Source of the DNA: an uncultured Candidatus Poseidoniales archaeon | Lineage (GTDB): Archaea; Thermoplasmatota; Poseidoniia; Poseidoniales; Thalassarchaeaceae | NCBI GenBank assembly: GCA_902573015.1 | Contig: CACGIE010000002.1 | Span: 7,660 to 71,659, forward strand | Length of the DNA stretch: 64,000 nucleotides | Direction of reading: 5' to 3' | Shown: in pieces, positions 46,580 to 56,374 of the stretch | How positions within the stretch are numbered: the stretch's first letter is position 1 | Layout of the letters: the number at the start of each line of letters is the position of its first letter | Notes under the pieces: generated by a model | The model's database searches: none | The model's input: the letters and a program-made list of their open reading frames with translations, nothing else | Told to the model about the DNA's origin: nothing | Program-made: the position numbers and the translations under genes

Positions 46580-49369
46580 ATGTCTGAAAAAGAGGATGCT
46601 CCGAAGGAGATAGTGGGGTATAGGCAACAACCCGGAAAACTACCCTTTTCCAGACCTGGGTCAGGGGGTAAAGGAAAATTCTCAGAGTCTACTGATCAAG
46701 AAATGATTCCTGAGTCCCAGGGGGGGAAGCTTGCTCAGGAATGGGGACCTCATAGGCACGATGAACTCATTAGTGGTAGAGTGATTGGCAAATCTACTGC
46801 GCTTGTGGATAGTTCTTGGAAGGTAACAGGGCAAGCGCATTACGGAGACGATGTCAGGCTACCGGGAGAACTGATTGGACGGATTGTTCGTTCACCTCAT
46901 CACTATGCCAGAGTTCTATCTATTGATTGTACAAAGGCCCTAGAGTTGCCTGGTGTAGTCGCAGTTGCAACTGGTGATGATGCGAAGAATAGGTTCGGAG
47001 TTCTACCGGTGACTAAGGACGAGCACGCGATGGCTGTAGAGAAGGTTCGGCATGCAGGCGATCTTGTTGCATGTGTTGCAGCGATTGATGAGGCTACGGC
47101 TAGGGAGGCGGAAAGACTAATCCAAGTGGAGTATGAATTGATCGATCCGATTCATGATATGAGGGAAGGGCTCGAAGACAGTGGAGAACCAATACATGAC
47201 AGAGGGGACTACCACATAGGAGAGTCAAACATCCAGAAGAGGGTTTTCCAAGAATTCGGAGACATAGAGGGAATGATAGAAAATTCTGTTGCTAGCCACA
47301 AAAAGAATTGGATTTTCGCTGGAGTTAACCACGCATTCACTGAGCCACACGCAGTAGTGGCACACTGGGAACCAACTGGAAGGCTTACGCTCTATACTCC
47401 GCAGCAGGTTCCACACTACGTTCACAGGGCGCTAGCCGATGTATTGGAGATTCCAATGCATCAAATCAATGTGCATAGGACCTTTGTCGGAGGAGGTTTC
47501 GGTGGGAAGTCGGACCCATTCCCCCACGAAATGTGCGCTGCGATTCTCGCAAGAAAGTCTGGAAAACCTGTTCGTATAACTTTCGATAGAGAAGAGGTTT
47601 ACTGGGTAAACAGAGGTCGACATCCTTCGCGAATTGAGATGAACCTACATGCTGATGACGAAGGGAGAATATGTGGGATCGAGACTGATGCTCTGATAGA
47701 TGGCGGGGCATTCGCCTCTTTCGGGCACGTGACAACATACTACAACGGGGTTCTCCATACTGCTCCCTACGAGATTGGTGCTTTCCACTACACAGGGGCT
47801 AGGGTTTGGACGAACAAACCTGCCAGTGGAGCTATGCGTGGCCATGGAGCGGTGAATTCTAGATGCGCTGTAGAAGTAGGCCTGGATGACTTAGCAGAGA
47901 AGTTGAGTGTAGACCCGATATCATTGCGTTTAGCGAATCTCCTCCCACCACACTCGGCTACAATTACCGGATTCAGAGTAACAAGCATAGGGATGAGGGA
48001 GTGTCTAGAGAGAGTCAGAGAAGAAAGTGGCTGGGATAAAAAATTCCGTAAGCTTCCTCTTGGGAAGGGAATCGGCATTGGATGTGGTTTCTTCATTTCA
48101 GGGAGCGGCCTACCCATCCACTGGGATCCGAATAAGTTCCCACATGCAACCGTTCATCTGAAGATCGATATGGATGGCGGAGTCACGATCCACACAGGGG
48201 CCGCAGACATAGGGCAAGGTTCTGATACAGTCGTAGCCCAATCTGTGGCAGAGGTACTCGGACTTCCCCTAGATATGATCAGAGTGAAATCGAGAGATTC
48301 CGATACTTCTCCAGTAGACTTGGGTTCATACTCCTCCAGAGTGACCTTCATGAACGCTAACGCGGCTATTTCGGCAGCCATGCAAATCAGGGAGGAGTTG
48401 CTAGATGCTACTGTTGAAATCACAGGAGCGGAAAGAAGCGGTTTGATTATTGGAGATAGGAGAATCTTCCTAAAAAAGGATCCAGCGGTTGGAGTCTCCT
48501 ACCTCGAAGCTCTTCACAAATCACAAGAAGATAGGGGGGCCTTAGTTGCCTCTGGGGCATATAGGACCCCTCCTATGGGGAAGATGCACAAGGGAGCAGC
48601 TGCTGGACTAGCTCCAGCATACTCTTTCTCTGCTTATGTTACAGAAGTTTCTATCGATGTGGAAACTGGTCAAATCAAAGTAGACAAGGTTTGGGCAGCT
48701 CACGACTGTGGAAAGGCTCTGAACCCATTGGCTGTAGAGGGGCAGATAATCGGATCTTGCCATATGGGCATGGGGCAAGTTCTATCCGAAGAAATGAGGT
48801 ATGGGAGAAGTGGCAATCTGATGAATCCCGATCTCCTAGATTACAAGATCCCAAGTATTCACGAAATGCCGGAAGTAATTCCCATAATAGTGGAGTCGAA
48901 CGATCCAGAGGGCCCATTCGGAGCCAAAGAGGCGGGAGAGGGGCCCCTTCTTCCAATTCTACCTTCTGTTTGCAACGCCGTTTACGATGCAATAGGGATC
49001 AGGACCTCCGAGTTACCGATGTCTCCGGAGAAGGTGCACAAAATGATCGAGAAGCGTTGCAGAGAGGAAGGGGTATCGGATCCGAATAATCTCACAAGCC
49101 CATCCCTTCAACACTCGTCTCTACAAGGAGTTCTAGAAAACAGAGCGAATGAGCATGGGATAAGGGACAAGGATAGGAGACTGGATGAGGGCAGGTCGGA
49201 TTATCACAATGGTGCATTATTCGGTCTGGACCCCACAATCCCTCCGGACGAAGTTGACCCTAGGTGGTCAGTGAGGGTTACTCCCGAGGAGGAATATCTG
49301 GAGTCTCCTAGACTCGCTGGTAGTGCCTGGAAGCATACAGAAAGAAGACATTCGGAGGGTCAAAAATGA
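46580..49369 (+). CDS. xanthine dehydrogenase-family molybdopterin-binding large subunit (aldehyde oxidase/xanthine DH-like, not form-I CODH)
   Basis: About 930 aa. Ald_Xan_dh N-terminal hammerhead. GAMRGHGAVNS and the C-terminal Mo-cofactor domain present. No AYRCSFR CODH loop seen. N- and C-terminal extensions relative to typical large subunits. Confidence 0.9.
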   Translation: MSEKEDAPKEIVGYRQQPGKLPFSRPGSGGKGKFSESTDQEMIPESQGGKLAQEWGPHRHDELISGRVIGKSTALVDSSWKVTGQAHYGDDVRLPGELIGRIVRSPHHYARVLSIDCTKALELPGVVAVATGDDAKNRFGVLPVTKDEHAMAVEKVRHAGDLVACVAAIDEATAREAERLIQVEYELIDPIHDMREGLEDSGEPIHDRGDYHIGESNIQKRVFQEFGDIEGMIENSVASHKKNWIFAGVNHAFTEPHAVVAHWEPTGRLTLYTPQQVPHYVHRALADVLEIPMHQINVHRTFVGGGFGGKSDPFPHEMCAAILARKSGKPVRITFDREEVYWVNRGRHPSRIEMNLHADDEGRICGIETDALIDGGAFASFGHVTTYYNGVLHTAPYEIGAFHYTGARVWTNKPASGAMRGHGAVNSRCAVEVGLDDLAEKLSVDPISLRLANLLPPHSATITGFRVTSIGMRECLERVREESGWDKKFRKLPLGKGIGIGCGFFISGSGLPIHWDPNKFPHATVHLKIDMDGGVTIHTGAADIGQGSDTVVAQSVAEVLGLPLDMIRVKSRDSDTSPVDLGSYSSRVTFMNANAAISAAMQIREELLDATVEITGAERSGLIIGDRRIFLKKDPAVGVSYLEALHKSQEDRGALVASGAYRTPPMGKMHKGAAAGLAPAYSFSAYVTEVSIDVETGQIKVDKVWAAHDCGKALNPLAVEGQIIGSCHMGMGQVLSEEMRYGRSGNLMNPDLLDYKIPSIHEMPEVIPIIVESNDPEGPFGAKEAGEGPLLPILPSVCNAVYDAIGIRTSELPMSPEKVHKMIEKRCREEGVSDPNNLTSPSLQHSSLQGVLENRANEHGIRDKDRRLDEGRSDYHNGALFGLDPTIPPDEVDPRWSVRVTPEEEYLESPRLAGSAWKHTERRHSEGQK

Positions 49370-50349
49370 GGATGCCCCCCTTCCGTGTTCTTTCTCCGAA
49401 GAGTTTGGATGAGGCACTAACAATGTCTAGAGAACTTTCAGAATCTGGAGAGGAGTTCGACTGGATAGCCGGGGGAACGGACTTACTTCCAAATTACAAA
49501 TGGCACATCAATGTGAAGGGGCACGTTATCTCGCTTTCTTCTATAGCCGAGTTGCGAGAAATAAGCGAGGAAAGTATTGGCGCTATGGTCAGCATCAATG
49601 AGTTAGCCGAGCATGAGTCTACCCACCCTGTGTTAGCCAAGGCAGCAGACTCAATTGCAAGTGTGATGATCAGAAGGTCAGGTACAGTTGGCGGAAATAT
49701 TTGCCTGGATACTAGGTGCTACTGGATTAATCAGTCTGAAACATGGAGGGAGTCGATTGACTGGTGTCACAAATGTGATTGTGGCACCGGGGCCGATTGT
49801 AGAGTAATTCCGAACCAAAACACGCTATGCGTTGCGACCTATCAAGCTGATTTGGCCCCTGTACTGATGTGTCTGGATGCCACAATCCACCTAGCATCAC
49901 CCAAAGGAAAGCGATCCATGCCACTGTGTGATTTCTTCGAGTTAGACGGAATGACTAGGAATGTACTCGAACCCGGAGAAATGGTCACCCATATCACTCT
50001 CCCTGAAGATGCAGCAGATTGGAGAGGAGACTATCAGAAGTTGAGGCAACGTGAGTCCTGGGACTTCCCTGAAGCGGGCGTAGCTGTTCTCTGGAAAGGA
50101 GATGTGGGGGATGGGCCATCAAGTCTGAGAGTGGCAACCACTGGCCTAGAGTCTATTCCTAGCTTGCATTCAGAAGAAGCGGAGGAAGCACTAGAGAATT
50201 GGAGCGGAGTCGAGACCGTAGAAATTCTATCAGAGTCGATCAGAAAGGCAGTAAAGCCTGTCCAGAACACCTGGTTCTCCCCGTCATATAGAAGGAAGAT
50301 GGTGAAGGTCTTAACGAAAAGGGCGTGTAGGAAGTTACTGGTGAGTTGA
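49366..50349 (+). CDS. xanthine dehydrogenase-family FAD-binding medium subunit (CoxM-like)
   Basis: FAD-binding-5 N-terminus (IAGGTDLLP), CO-dehydrogenase-flavoprotein C-terminal domain. ATGA overlap with the large subunit. Confidence 0.8.
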   Translation: MRMPPFRVLSPKSLDEALTMSRELSESGEEFDWIAGGTDLLPNYKWHINVKGHVISLSSIAELREISEESIGAMVSINELAEHESTHPVLAKAADSIASVMIRRSGTVGGNICLDTRCYWINQSETWRESIDWCHKCDCGTGADCRVIPNQNTLCVATYQADLAPVLMCLDATIHLASPKGKRSMPLCDFFELDGMTRNVLEPGEMVTHITLPEDAADWRGDYQKLRQRESWDFPEAGVAVLWKGDVGDGPSSLRVATTGLESIPSLHSEEAEEALENWSGVETVEILSESIRKAVKPVQNTWFSPSYRRKMVKVLTKRACRKLLVS

Positions 50350-51287
50350 TGGGTTCGAGAGTTTGCTCTTTGATTATTGGGGCCATTCTCGCTGTATCTC
50401 TTGTGGCAGTTCCCCCTGCATCGGGACAGGACTTAGAGTCCTGGGAGTTGGGAATAAAATATCCTGGAGAGGACTCCACCAATTCTTTCGTCTTATCTTA
50501 TGATGGTTCGATCAAAGTCGAGTTCTTCGTTGAAAATTCAGGACTTACTGAGATAACGGTTCAGTTTGAGTACAATATCCCATTCGGAGGAAGTCATGAC
50601 GGCCCTGAGGAAGAGTCCATTTCTTCCGGTTCGAATGAGACATTTGATCTGAAGATTAGCGGAATAGATGTACTATCCCAAGACGCGGAGAAGAAAGAGA
50701 AATTTTCAATCACTGCTACGATAACCTCCAGACAGGGCATCCCTGATCCTCTCTCTTCTTCTCAGAACAGAGAGGGAGATTTGGAGATACCCTCGATATT
50801 TGATTTAGTCGTAGATATTTCTGAGCCATTCGGACCGATGAATGCAGGCTCTGACACCATACTAACCGTGACAGTAAGAAATAACGGAAACGCACAGGAC
50901 GGAGTGGCCGAAGTGGATGTCAGGGATGATTGCCCGCTCTTGACAACTGATAGTGGACTAGATGCACTTCTAAGCGGCAATATAGAATCCGGTAGAGCCA
51001 AGGATGCAGATCTCAAGGTTACTGCATCAGAAAGCCACCCTAAGAGGCACTGTGACATCACGGTATCTGTGACATCGAATAGGAATGGAGCATCCGGTGC
51101 ATCGGAAGACGAAGTTAGGGTTACAGTAGAACCCCCTCCAACGGGAGATTCCGGCTCTGGAGGGCAGGATGACGATATCAGCGAAGTTGGGGACTCGATA
51201 GAGTCCAACCTATCTGCACCGGGTTTAGGAGTACTAACTATTGGACTACTTGCAGCATTGGCCTATGCCAACAGGGTTGAAAATTAA
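50346..51287 (+). CDS. secreted surface protein with C-terminal PGF-CTERM-like anchor
   Basis: Signal peptide. Acidic beta-rich CARDB/Ig-like body. C-terminus APGLGVLTIGLLAALAYANRVEN is a Pro-Gly-hydrophobic helix-basic tail resembling archaeosortase PGF-CTERM signals. ATGA overlap with the preceding FAD-subunit gene. Confidence 0.65.
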   Translation: MMGSRVCSLIIGAILAVSLVAVPPASGQDLESWELGIKYPGEDSTNSFVLSYDGSIKVEFFVENSGLTEITVQFEYNIPFGGSHDGPEEESISSGSNETFDLKISGIDVLSQDAEKKEKFSITATITSRQGIPDPLSSSQNREGDLEIPSIFDLVVDISEPFGPMNAGSDTILTVTVRNNGNAQDGVAEVDVRDDCPLLTTDSGLDALLSGNIESGRAKDADLKVTASESHPKRHCDITVSVTSNRNGASGASEDEVRVTVEPPPTGDSGSGGQDDDISEVGDSIESNLSAPGLGVLTIGLLAALAYANRVEN

Positions 51288-51408
51288 GTCGTGCAATCTT
51301 CACTTCCAACACGATTTGCGAACTACGCTCAGCAACATATAACCGTGAATTAATTGTCGGACGGATGTTGCTTGGGCCTACGGCCCAACTAAAAGGGGGT
51401 TAGAAACC

Positions 51409-53019
51409 ATGGCAATTGACATGGATAGCGAAGCGAGATTCAACAGGAACGTTCTGTATTCCCTAGTAATTACTTCAATATTATTGCTAGTAATGCCAAT
51501 GTTCTTCGTAGTCGGAAAATCGTCAAATTATTCTGCTTACGATACAGATGGCTTGGGACAGTTATCCGATATGAGAGAGAGTTTCGAAGGAGAGTATGTC
51601 GAGAATAGAGACTCTGGTTACTACGTTGCGAATACTATGTCCACACCAATGCTAGTCAATGATTGGAAGGACCCTCATCGTACGCTACTGACCATCATTG
51701 CTCCTGAAAAACCGATTGATCAGACCGAGGCAGATGAAATTTTCAGATTCGTCACTGAGAAAGGCGGCAAGGTAATCGTTGCCGCTGACAATACTCAGGC
51801 GCACAATCTGGCAATACTGTTCGGAGTCAGATACATGGACGCACCCCTGCTGGATGATAAGCAGCATTGGGTATACACGCAACAGGGGCAACAGGAAGTC
51901 GACTGGGGCAATGTTTGGAGCGCATCTCCGGTCAATCAGAACATCGGAGATATGTCCCCAGGAGCACTGATGCAAGGTTGTACTGCATTCCAAATTCAGA
52001 ATCCGGACGGTCTGAACGACTGCAGACTTCCTGTAATGTATAGAGGTCCGACGGGAATGATGTTCGAACCCACGGACAAAGACATCGAAGATCCAAATCA
52101 TAGGAGCATAATGACACTGGGTACCGCTTCTCCTTCTGCATTCATTGATAGGGCCGGAGATGGCGACCCTACCAATCCAGCCAACCCTGCCACTGGTGAT
52201 CTGAGGCTAATGATGAGGTTTGATTATCCCGGGATAAAAGTCCTTGACAAAGTGGCTGATGAGGGAAGAGGGGCGTTTTCAGCTGGAGTAGGAGAGTTGG
52301 AGGTCACCGGAAGTATTGTGTTCGTAGCAGATGACGAAGCTTTCTCGAATATGCTTTGGGAACTAGCGGTCGCAAAGGATCAAGGCCTCAGCCAAGACTG
52401 TTCCGCGATTGGAGATTACACTCGGAATAATTGCTGGACCCAAGAGATCCTCAACAACAATGAGTGGGATGGGAATGAGAGATACTTCAGACTACTAGTG
52501 TATGATATGATGGAGTTCGATAATGTAGATCTTAATGCCCCTATTCGAAGCGATCCTTCTAACTTCCAAGTCGTTTTCGATGAGAGTAGACACGTAACCG
52601 GAGTCGTTTCTGAGCCATTCGTGCAGACTATGGGGACTGTAGTCCTACTTACTTCGAATCAATTCCTAAAGTGGCTGGTGGTTCTGAATGTCACCCTTCT
52701 GCTCCTCGTTGCTATGATGGTGGTACCTGAAAAGGAGAACTGGAGGCACGTCTTTGATCTGACCAAATTCAATCAGCGTCCGGAGAAACTCGATCCTGCC
52801 ACGTATAGAGACAGGGTCAGAAAATCGCTTCTAACGAAGGTTAGGATACACCATGACCTTACCAGAGATGAGATGGCGATGACTCCTCCACCTGAAGTTC
52901 AGGCGATGATTGGGGATCCGCGTCTTGTGGAATTGGCTTATAGCCAAAGCCGGACGTACACGCCACAAGAGTTGCGCAAGTTGATGCAAGCTATTCGCCG
53001 ATGGGGAAAAAATAACTAA
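51409..53019 (+). CDS. membrane-anchored protein, first gene of the MoxR/DUF58 module (DUF4350-like partner, tentative)
   Basis: N-terminal TM, large hydrophilic domain, C-terminal TM (VVLLTSNQFLKWLVVLNVTLLLLVAMMVV). The family call rests only on context with moxR-DUF58. Confidence 0.6.
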   Translation: MAIDMDSEARFNRNVLYSLVITSILLLVMPMFFVVGKSSNYSAYDTDGLGQLSDMRESFEGEYVENRDSGYYVANTMSTPMLVNDWKDPHRTLLTIIAPEKPIDQTEADEIFRFVTEKGGKVIVAADNTQAHNLAILFGVRYMDAPLLDDKQHWVYTQQGQQEVDWGNVWSASPVNQNIGDMSPGALMQGCTAFQIQNPDGLNDCRLPVMYRGPTGMMFEPTDKDIEDPNHRSIMTLGTASPSAFIDRAGDGDPTNPANPATGDLRLMMRFDYPGIKVLDKVADEGRGAFSAGVGELEVTGSIVFVADDEAFSNMLWELAVAKDQGLSQDCSAIGDYTRNNCWTQEILNNNEWDGNERYFRLLVYDMMEFDNVDLNAPIRSDPSNFQVVFDESRHVTGVVSEPFVQTMGTVVLLTSNQFLKWLVVLNVTLLLLVAMMVVPEKENWRHVFDLTKFNQRPEKLDPATYRDRVRKSLLTKVRIHHDLTRDEMAMTPPPEVQAMIGDPRLVELAYSQSRTYTPQELRKLMQAIRRWGKNN

Positions 53020-53037
53020 TAAAATGGAGTGAAAAAA

Positions 53038-54102
53038 ATGAGTGAAACAGGACCACCAAAAGGGATGCAAACGCCAAATACTGGCACACAGGACGCGGCT
53101 TTGGCTAAGAAAGCGCAAGAAGCTCGTGGATCGAGCAAGGTCGATGAGGTTTTGGCTGCAACTGGTGCTATGGGGCAAGCAATCAGTACTGAGGTACAGA
53201 AGGTAATCATAGGAAAGTCGCACGTTATTGACAATGTAATGGTGGACATTCTTTCTAATGGAAACCTACTGTTCGAGGATTTTCCTGGATTGGCAAAGAC
53301 GCTGATGACAAATACGTTCGCTGATGCTCTGGGGTGCGACTTCAAGAGAGTCCAATTTACTCCAGATCTTCTTCCAGCGGACATAACTGGAACAAATATT
53401 TACGATGCGAAGAAGGGAGAGTTCACCTTCAAGCCTGGTCCCATTTTCTGTAATCTACTCCTTTCTGACGAGATAAACAGGGCGCCGCCGAAGACACAGG
53501 CTGCTCTTCTAGAAGCGATGCAGGAGAAGCAGGTCACGATTGGCGTAGTTACACACAAGCTACCCTCCCCTTTCCTAACCATGGCAACCCAGAACCCAGT
53601 GGAGCAGGAGGGGACTTACCCGCTTCCAGAGGCACAGCTTGATCGTTTCATGATGAAGATGATGGTAGGATACCCCGACAGAGCAGACGAGAACGAAATC
53701 CTACAGAGGAGGATTAACAGAAAGACTGACGAGGTCGAAGTAAACAGCATCACCGACCCAAGTATTGTGGTCAAGATGCAGAAGTCATGCGAGGAAGTCT
53801 ACGTTGACAGATCGGTCAGAGAGTATATGGTGGATATCGTAGCAAGGACGAGGGAAGACCCGAGAGTTCTCGTGGGTTCATCCCCTAGAGGTTCTCAAGC
53901 CCTCCTGAAGACGAGTAGGGCGGTTGCGGCCATGCGAGGAAGGGACTTCGTGACGCCAGACGACGTGAAGTCGATTGCAGAGCTAGCAGTGGCTCACAGA
54001 ATTATTCTGAAGCCAGAGCACCAGATTAAGGGACTCGAGACCGGCGAGGTCATTCGAGATATTCTACATGGAAAGAATGCCGCGAATGTACCCACGGTCT
54101 GA
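53038..54102 (+). CDS. MoxR-family AAA+ ATPase
   Basis: Walker A region FEDFPGLAKTLMTNTFADALGCDF...QFTPDLLPADITG. Walker B LLSDEINRAPPKTQAALLEAMQEKQVTI. C-terminal lid. ATG at 53038 (GTG 53029 also possible). Confidence 0.9.
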   Translation: MSETGPPKGMQTPNTGTQDAALAKKAQEARGSSKVDEVLAATGAMGQAISTEVQKVIIGKSHVIDNVMVDILSNGNLLFEDFPGLAKTLMTNTFADALGCDFKRVQFTPDLLPADITGTNIYDAKKGEFTFKPGPIFCNLLLSDEINRAPPKTQAALLEAMQEKQVTIGVVTHKLPSPFLTMATQNPVEQEGTYPLPEAQLDRFMMKMMVGYPDRADENEILQRRINRKTDEVEVNSITDPSIVVKMQKSCEEVYVDRSVREYMVDIVARTREDPRVLVGSSPRGSQALLKTSRAVAAMRGRDFVTPDDVKSIAELAVAHRIILKPEHQIKGLETGEVIRDILHGKNAANVPTV

Positions 54103-54118
54103 TTTTTGAGGTGTAAAG

Positions 54119-55438
54119 GTGGCCTGGAGCCGAAAGTCTGCGATGTTCGCATCTCTTTCGGTTGCGATGTACCTGCTAGGACTAGTGCTTCGAAACCAGC
54201 AGCTAGTGACTGTAGCAGTAGTTCTTCTTTCATTCCTAACTTGGGCGGCTCTCAGGACTGCGCACGGGGATGTCGCCTCCTCTGGTAGGAGGCTCGAGGA
54301 AGCAGTGCTGGACGAGGGCATCCAGCTCCAGAGTATTGTAGCTATGAGGAAGACCTCGACATCCAGAGTTTTCGAGGATGGGGAGATAGACGTCACCCTC
54401 AGAATTCAGAATAGATCTGCAATTGCAAAGGTCTTGGAAGTCAGGGATAGGGTGCCCGAGGTCATGAGAATCAAAAAAGGTGCCAATTACGTACTAATGG
54501 AAATAGGACCAAAAAGAGAGACTGAGATTTCCTACACAATAGAGACCCCGCTGAGAGGTTTCTACACCATAGGTCCGGTTTGTATTAGAGTTCAAGATGA
54601 GTTGGGACTCTTTCACAATGAGAAAGAGGTGCAACTGTACGACGATTTCCTTGTTTTCCCAAAGATGGAGGACATCAAAGATGCAATGATCAAGAGTAGG
54701 GTTCCTAAGATTTTCACTGGAGCAGTGAATATCAGAAATCCCGGTGAGGGTTCGAACTTCTACAATCTTAGAGAGTACTTGCCAGGTGACCCGATAAGGA
54801 AAGTAAACTGGAAAGCGACTGCCAGACAGGATGGCAAGATGATGGTTAACGAATTTGAGAGGGACGCTGTGAGCGATGTCATAATCCTAGTTGACAGTAG
54901 GGCAGTGAGTGAAACTGGACCAGTGAGTAGAAACTCTCTGGTTTACAGTACTAGAGCAGCAGCGAGTCTAACCCAGCACTTCCTATCCAGGCGTGACTCG
55001 GTAGGGCTCGTGGTTTATGGGGACGAGATTGTTTCCGTAGACAGGGATACAGGGAAGAAGCAGTTGTATGTGATATTGACAAAACTTGCGGGCGCTATGG
55101 CGAAAGGGAACACTCCTCTGAGGATTGTGACTACCCGAATCATGCCCCACATTCATAGAGGCAGCCCCATCATCATCCTGTCACCGTTGGAGGACGATCC
55201 GACAATAGTCGATGCTGTCAGAGACCTTAGGGCTAGGAACTTCGAGGTCACAGTACTTTCACCGAGCAGCTTGGAGTTCGAATTCGATGCGAGGAGAATA
55301 GACAGAACCGGCTACGAGGTACTGAAAACTGAGAGAGACATTCTGATGACCGAGCTTAGAGGCCTAGGAGCATATGTAATGGACTGGGAGCCGGACATGT
55401 TACTATTCACAGCCCTAGCCGGGGCACGGGGATTCTGA
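54119..55438 (+). CDS. DUF58 family protein (VWA-like partner of MoxR)
   Basis: Two N-terminal TM helices, beta-rich middle region, and a C-terminal VWA-like block (VIILVDSRAV...GLVVYGDE). This is the characteristic architecture and position next to MoxR. Confidence 0.75.
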   Translation: MAWSRKSAMFASLSVAMYLLGLVLRNQQLVTVAVVLLSFLTWAALRTAHGDVASSGRRLEEAVLDEGIQLQSIVAMRKTSTSRVFEDGEIDVTLRIQNRSAIAKVLEVRDRVPEVMRIKKGANYVLMEIGPKRETEISYTIETPLRGFYTIGPVCIRVQDELGLFHNEKEVQLYDDFLVFPKMEDIKDAMIKSRVPKIFTGAVNIRNPGEGSNFYNLREYLPGDPIRKVNWKATARQDGKMMVNEFERDAVSDVIILVDSRAVSETGPVSRNSLVYSTRAAASLTQHFLSRRDSVGLVVYGDEIVSVDRDTGKKQLYVILTKLAGAMAKGNTPLRIVTTRIMPHIHRGSPIIILSPLEDDPTIVDAVRDLRARNFEVTVLSPSSLEFEFDARRIDRTGYEVLKTERDILMTELRGLGAYVMDWEPDMLLFTALAGARGF

Positions 55439-55447
55439 GGTGTAATT

Positions 55448-56374
55448 ATGGAAGAAGGCAAGGGCCCAGTAGACACATCTCATCTGTATGAGGGGAAGGT
55501 GGTACGCTCATCGGCCCCTAGTAGGAAAAGAGCCGCTGGAACACTGAAGGCAGACAGCGGGATACCCGATGATGCGGTTCCAGATGTCGCCATCCCAAGT
55601 TGGATAGATGCGATCTTCGGAGGTCCGATTCTGGTCAATAGAGAGTTCGTATCACCTAACAAAATGGTTCTGAATCTTCAGATGGGGGCAATAGGCTCGC
55701 TCTTGGTCCTCGGATTCCTTACTTTCATGCTCACTCCAGTATCCGGAACTGCATGGTTCGCGTTATCAAATATGATTGGCCTTGGCTTCCTAGGGCTATG
55801 GCTCCATCTACTGATGATTATTATCGGACTGATATCTGGTTTCTGGGGAGTTTGGCAGAGAGACCAAAGGGCCATACTCCTATCTTACGTCATGCTAATT
55901 CTGGTCACTATCAGGTTCGCTGGGAGCAAGGTTGAGTTTGGATTGAGCTTTTTGCCGGAGAACGAAATAATGCAGAAGTTGCTGCTGATATTGTACGCAG
56001 TCTTCCTAGTCGTATACATCGAGGTCTCTAGTGCAGTAATCCGTTTCTCTATGCTCGATACCTCGATAAGAACCGGTGAGGTCTACGTGATGAACGTCAA
56101 GAGCATCACGGACAGGTACAACAGGGCACTTGGCTACACCCCTGCTGTTGCAGCATTGGTAGCAACACTGACCCTATTCATCAATTTCTTCGTTCCACTA
56201 TTCGTGGGAATCTTCGACTCAGTTGCTGCAAACCGTCTAGAGGAGAGCGTGGAGTTGACTAGCGTTTACGGCGTTGCATTGGGAACTATCCTGGTATTCA
56301 TCGTGATAGCGGGAATGTTCGCAATCAACCTCCCTCTCAGGATTCAGCAGTATCTAGAAAGTCAATCCGGCTAG
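55448..56374 (+). CDS. polytopic membrane protein, last gene of the MoxR module, hypothetical
   Basis: About 7 TM helices, no motifs recognised. Its stop overlaps the convergent aroC stop. Confidence 0.55.
   Translation: MEEGKGPVDTSHLYEGKVVRSSAPSRKRAAGTLKADSGIPDDAVPDVAIPSWIDAIFGGPILVNREFVSPNKMVLNLQMGAIGSLLVLGFLTFMLTPVSGTAWFALSNMIGLGFLGLWLHLLMIIIGLISGFWGVWQRDQRAILLSYVMLILVTIRFAGSKVEFGLSFLPENEIMQKLLLILYAVFLVVYIEVSSAVIRFSMLDTSIRTGEVYVMNVKSITDRYNRALGYTPAVAALVATLTLFINFFVPLFVGIFDSVAANRLEESVELTSVYGVALGTILVFIVIAGMFAINLPLRIQQYLESQSG

Noticed and set aside
50762-51208. 148-aa minus ORF inside the PGF-CTERM-like surface protein gene
   Set aside because: Antisense, Ser-rich low complexity.
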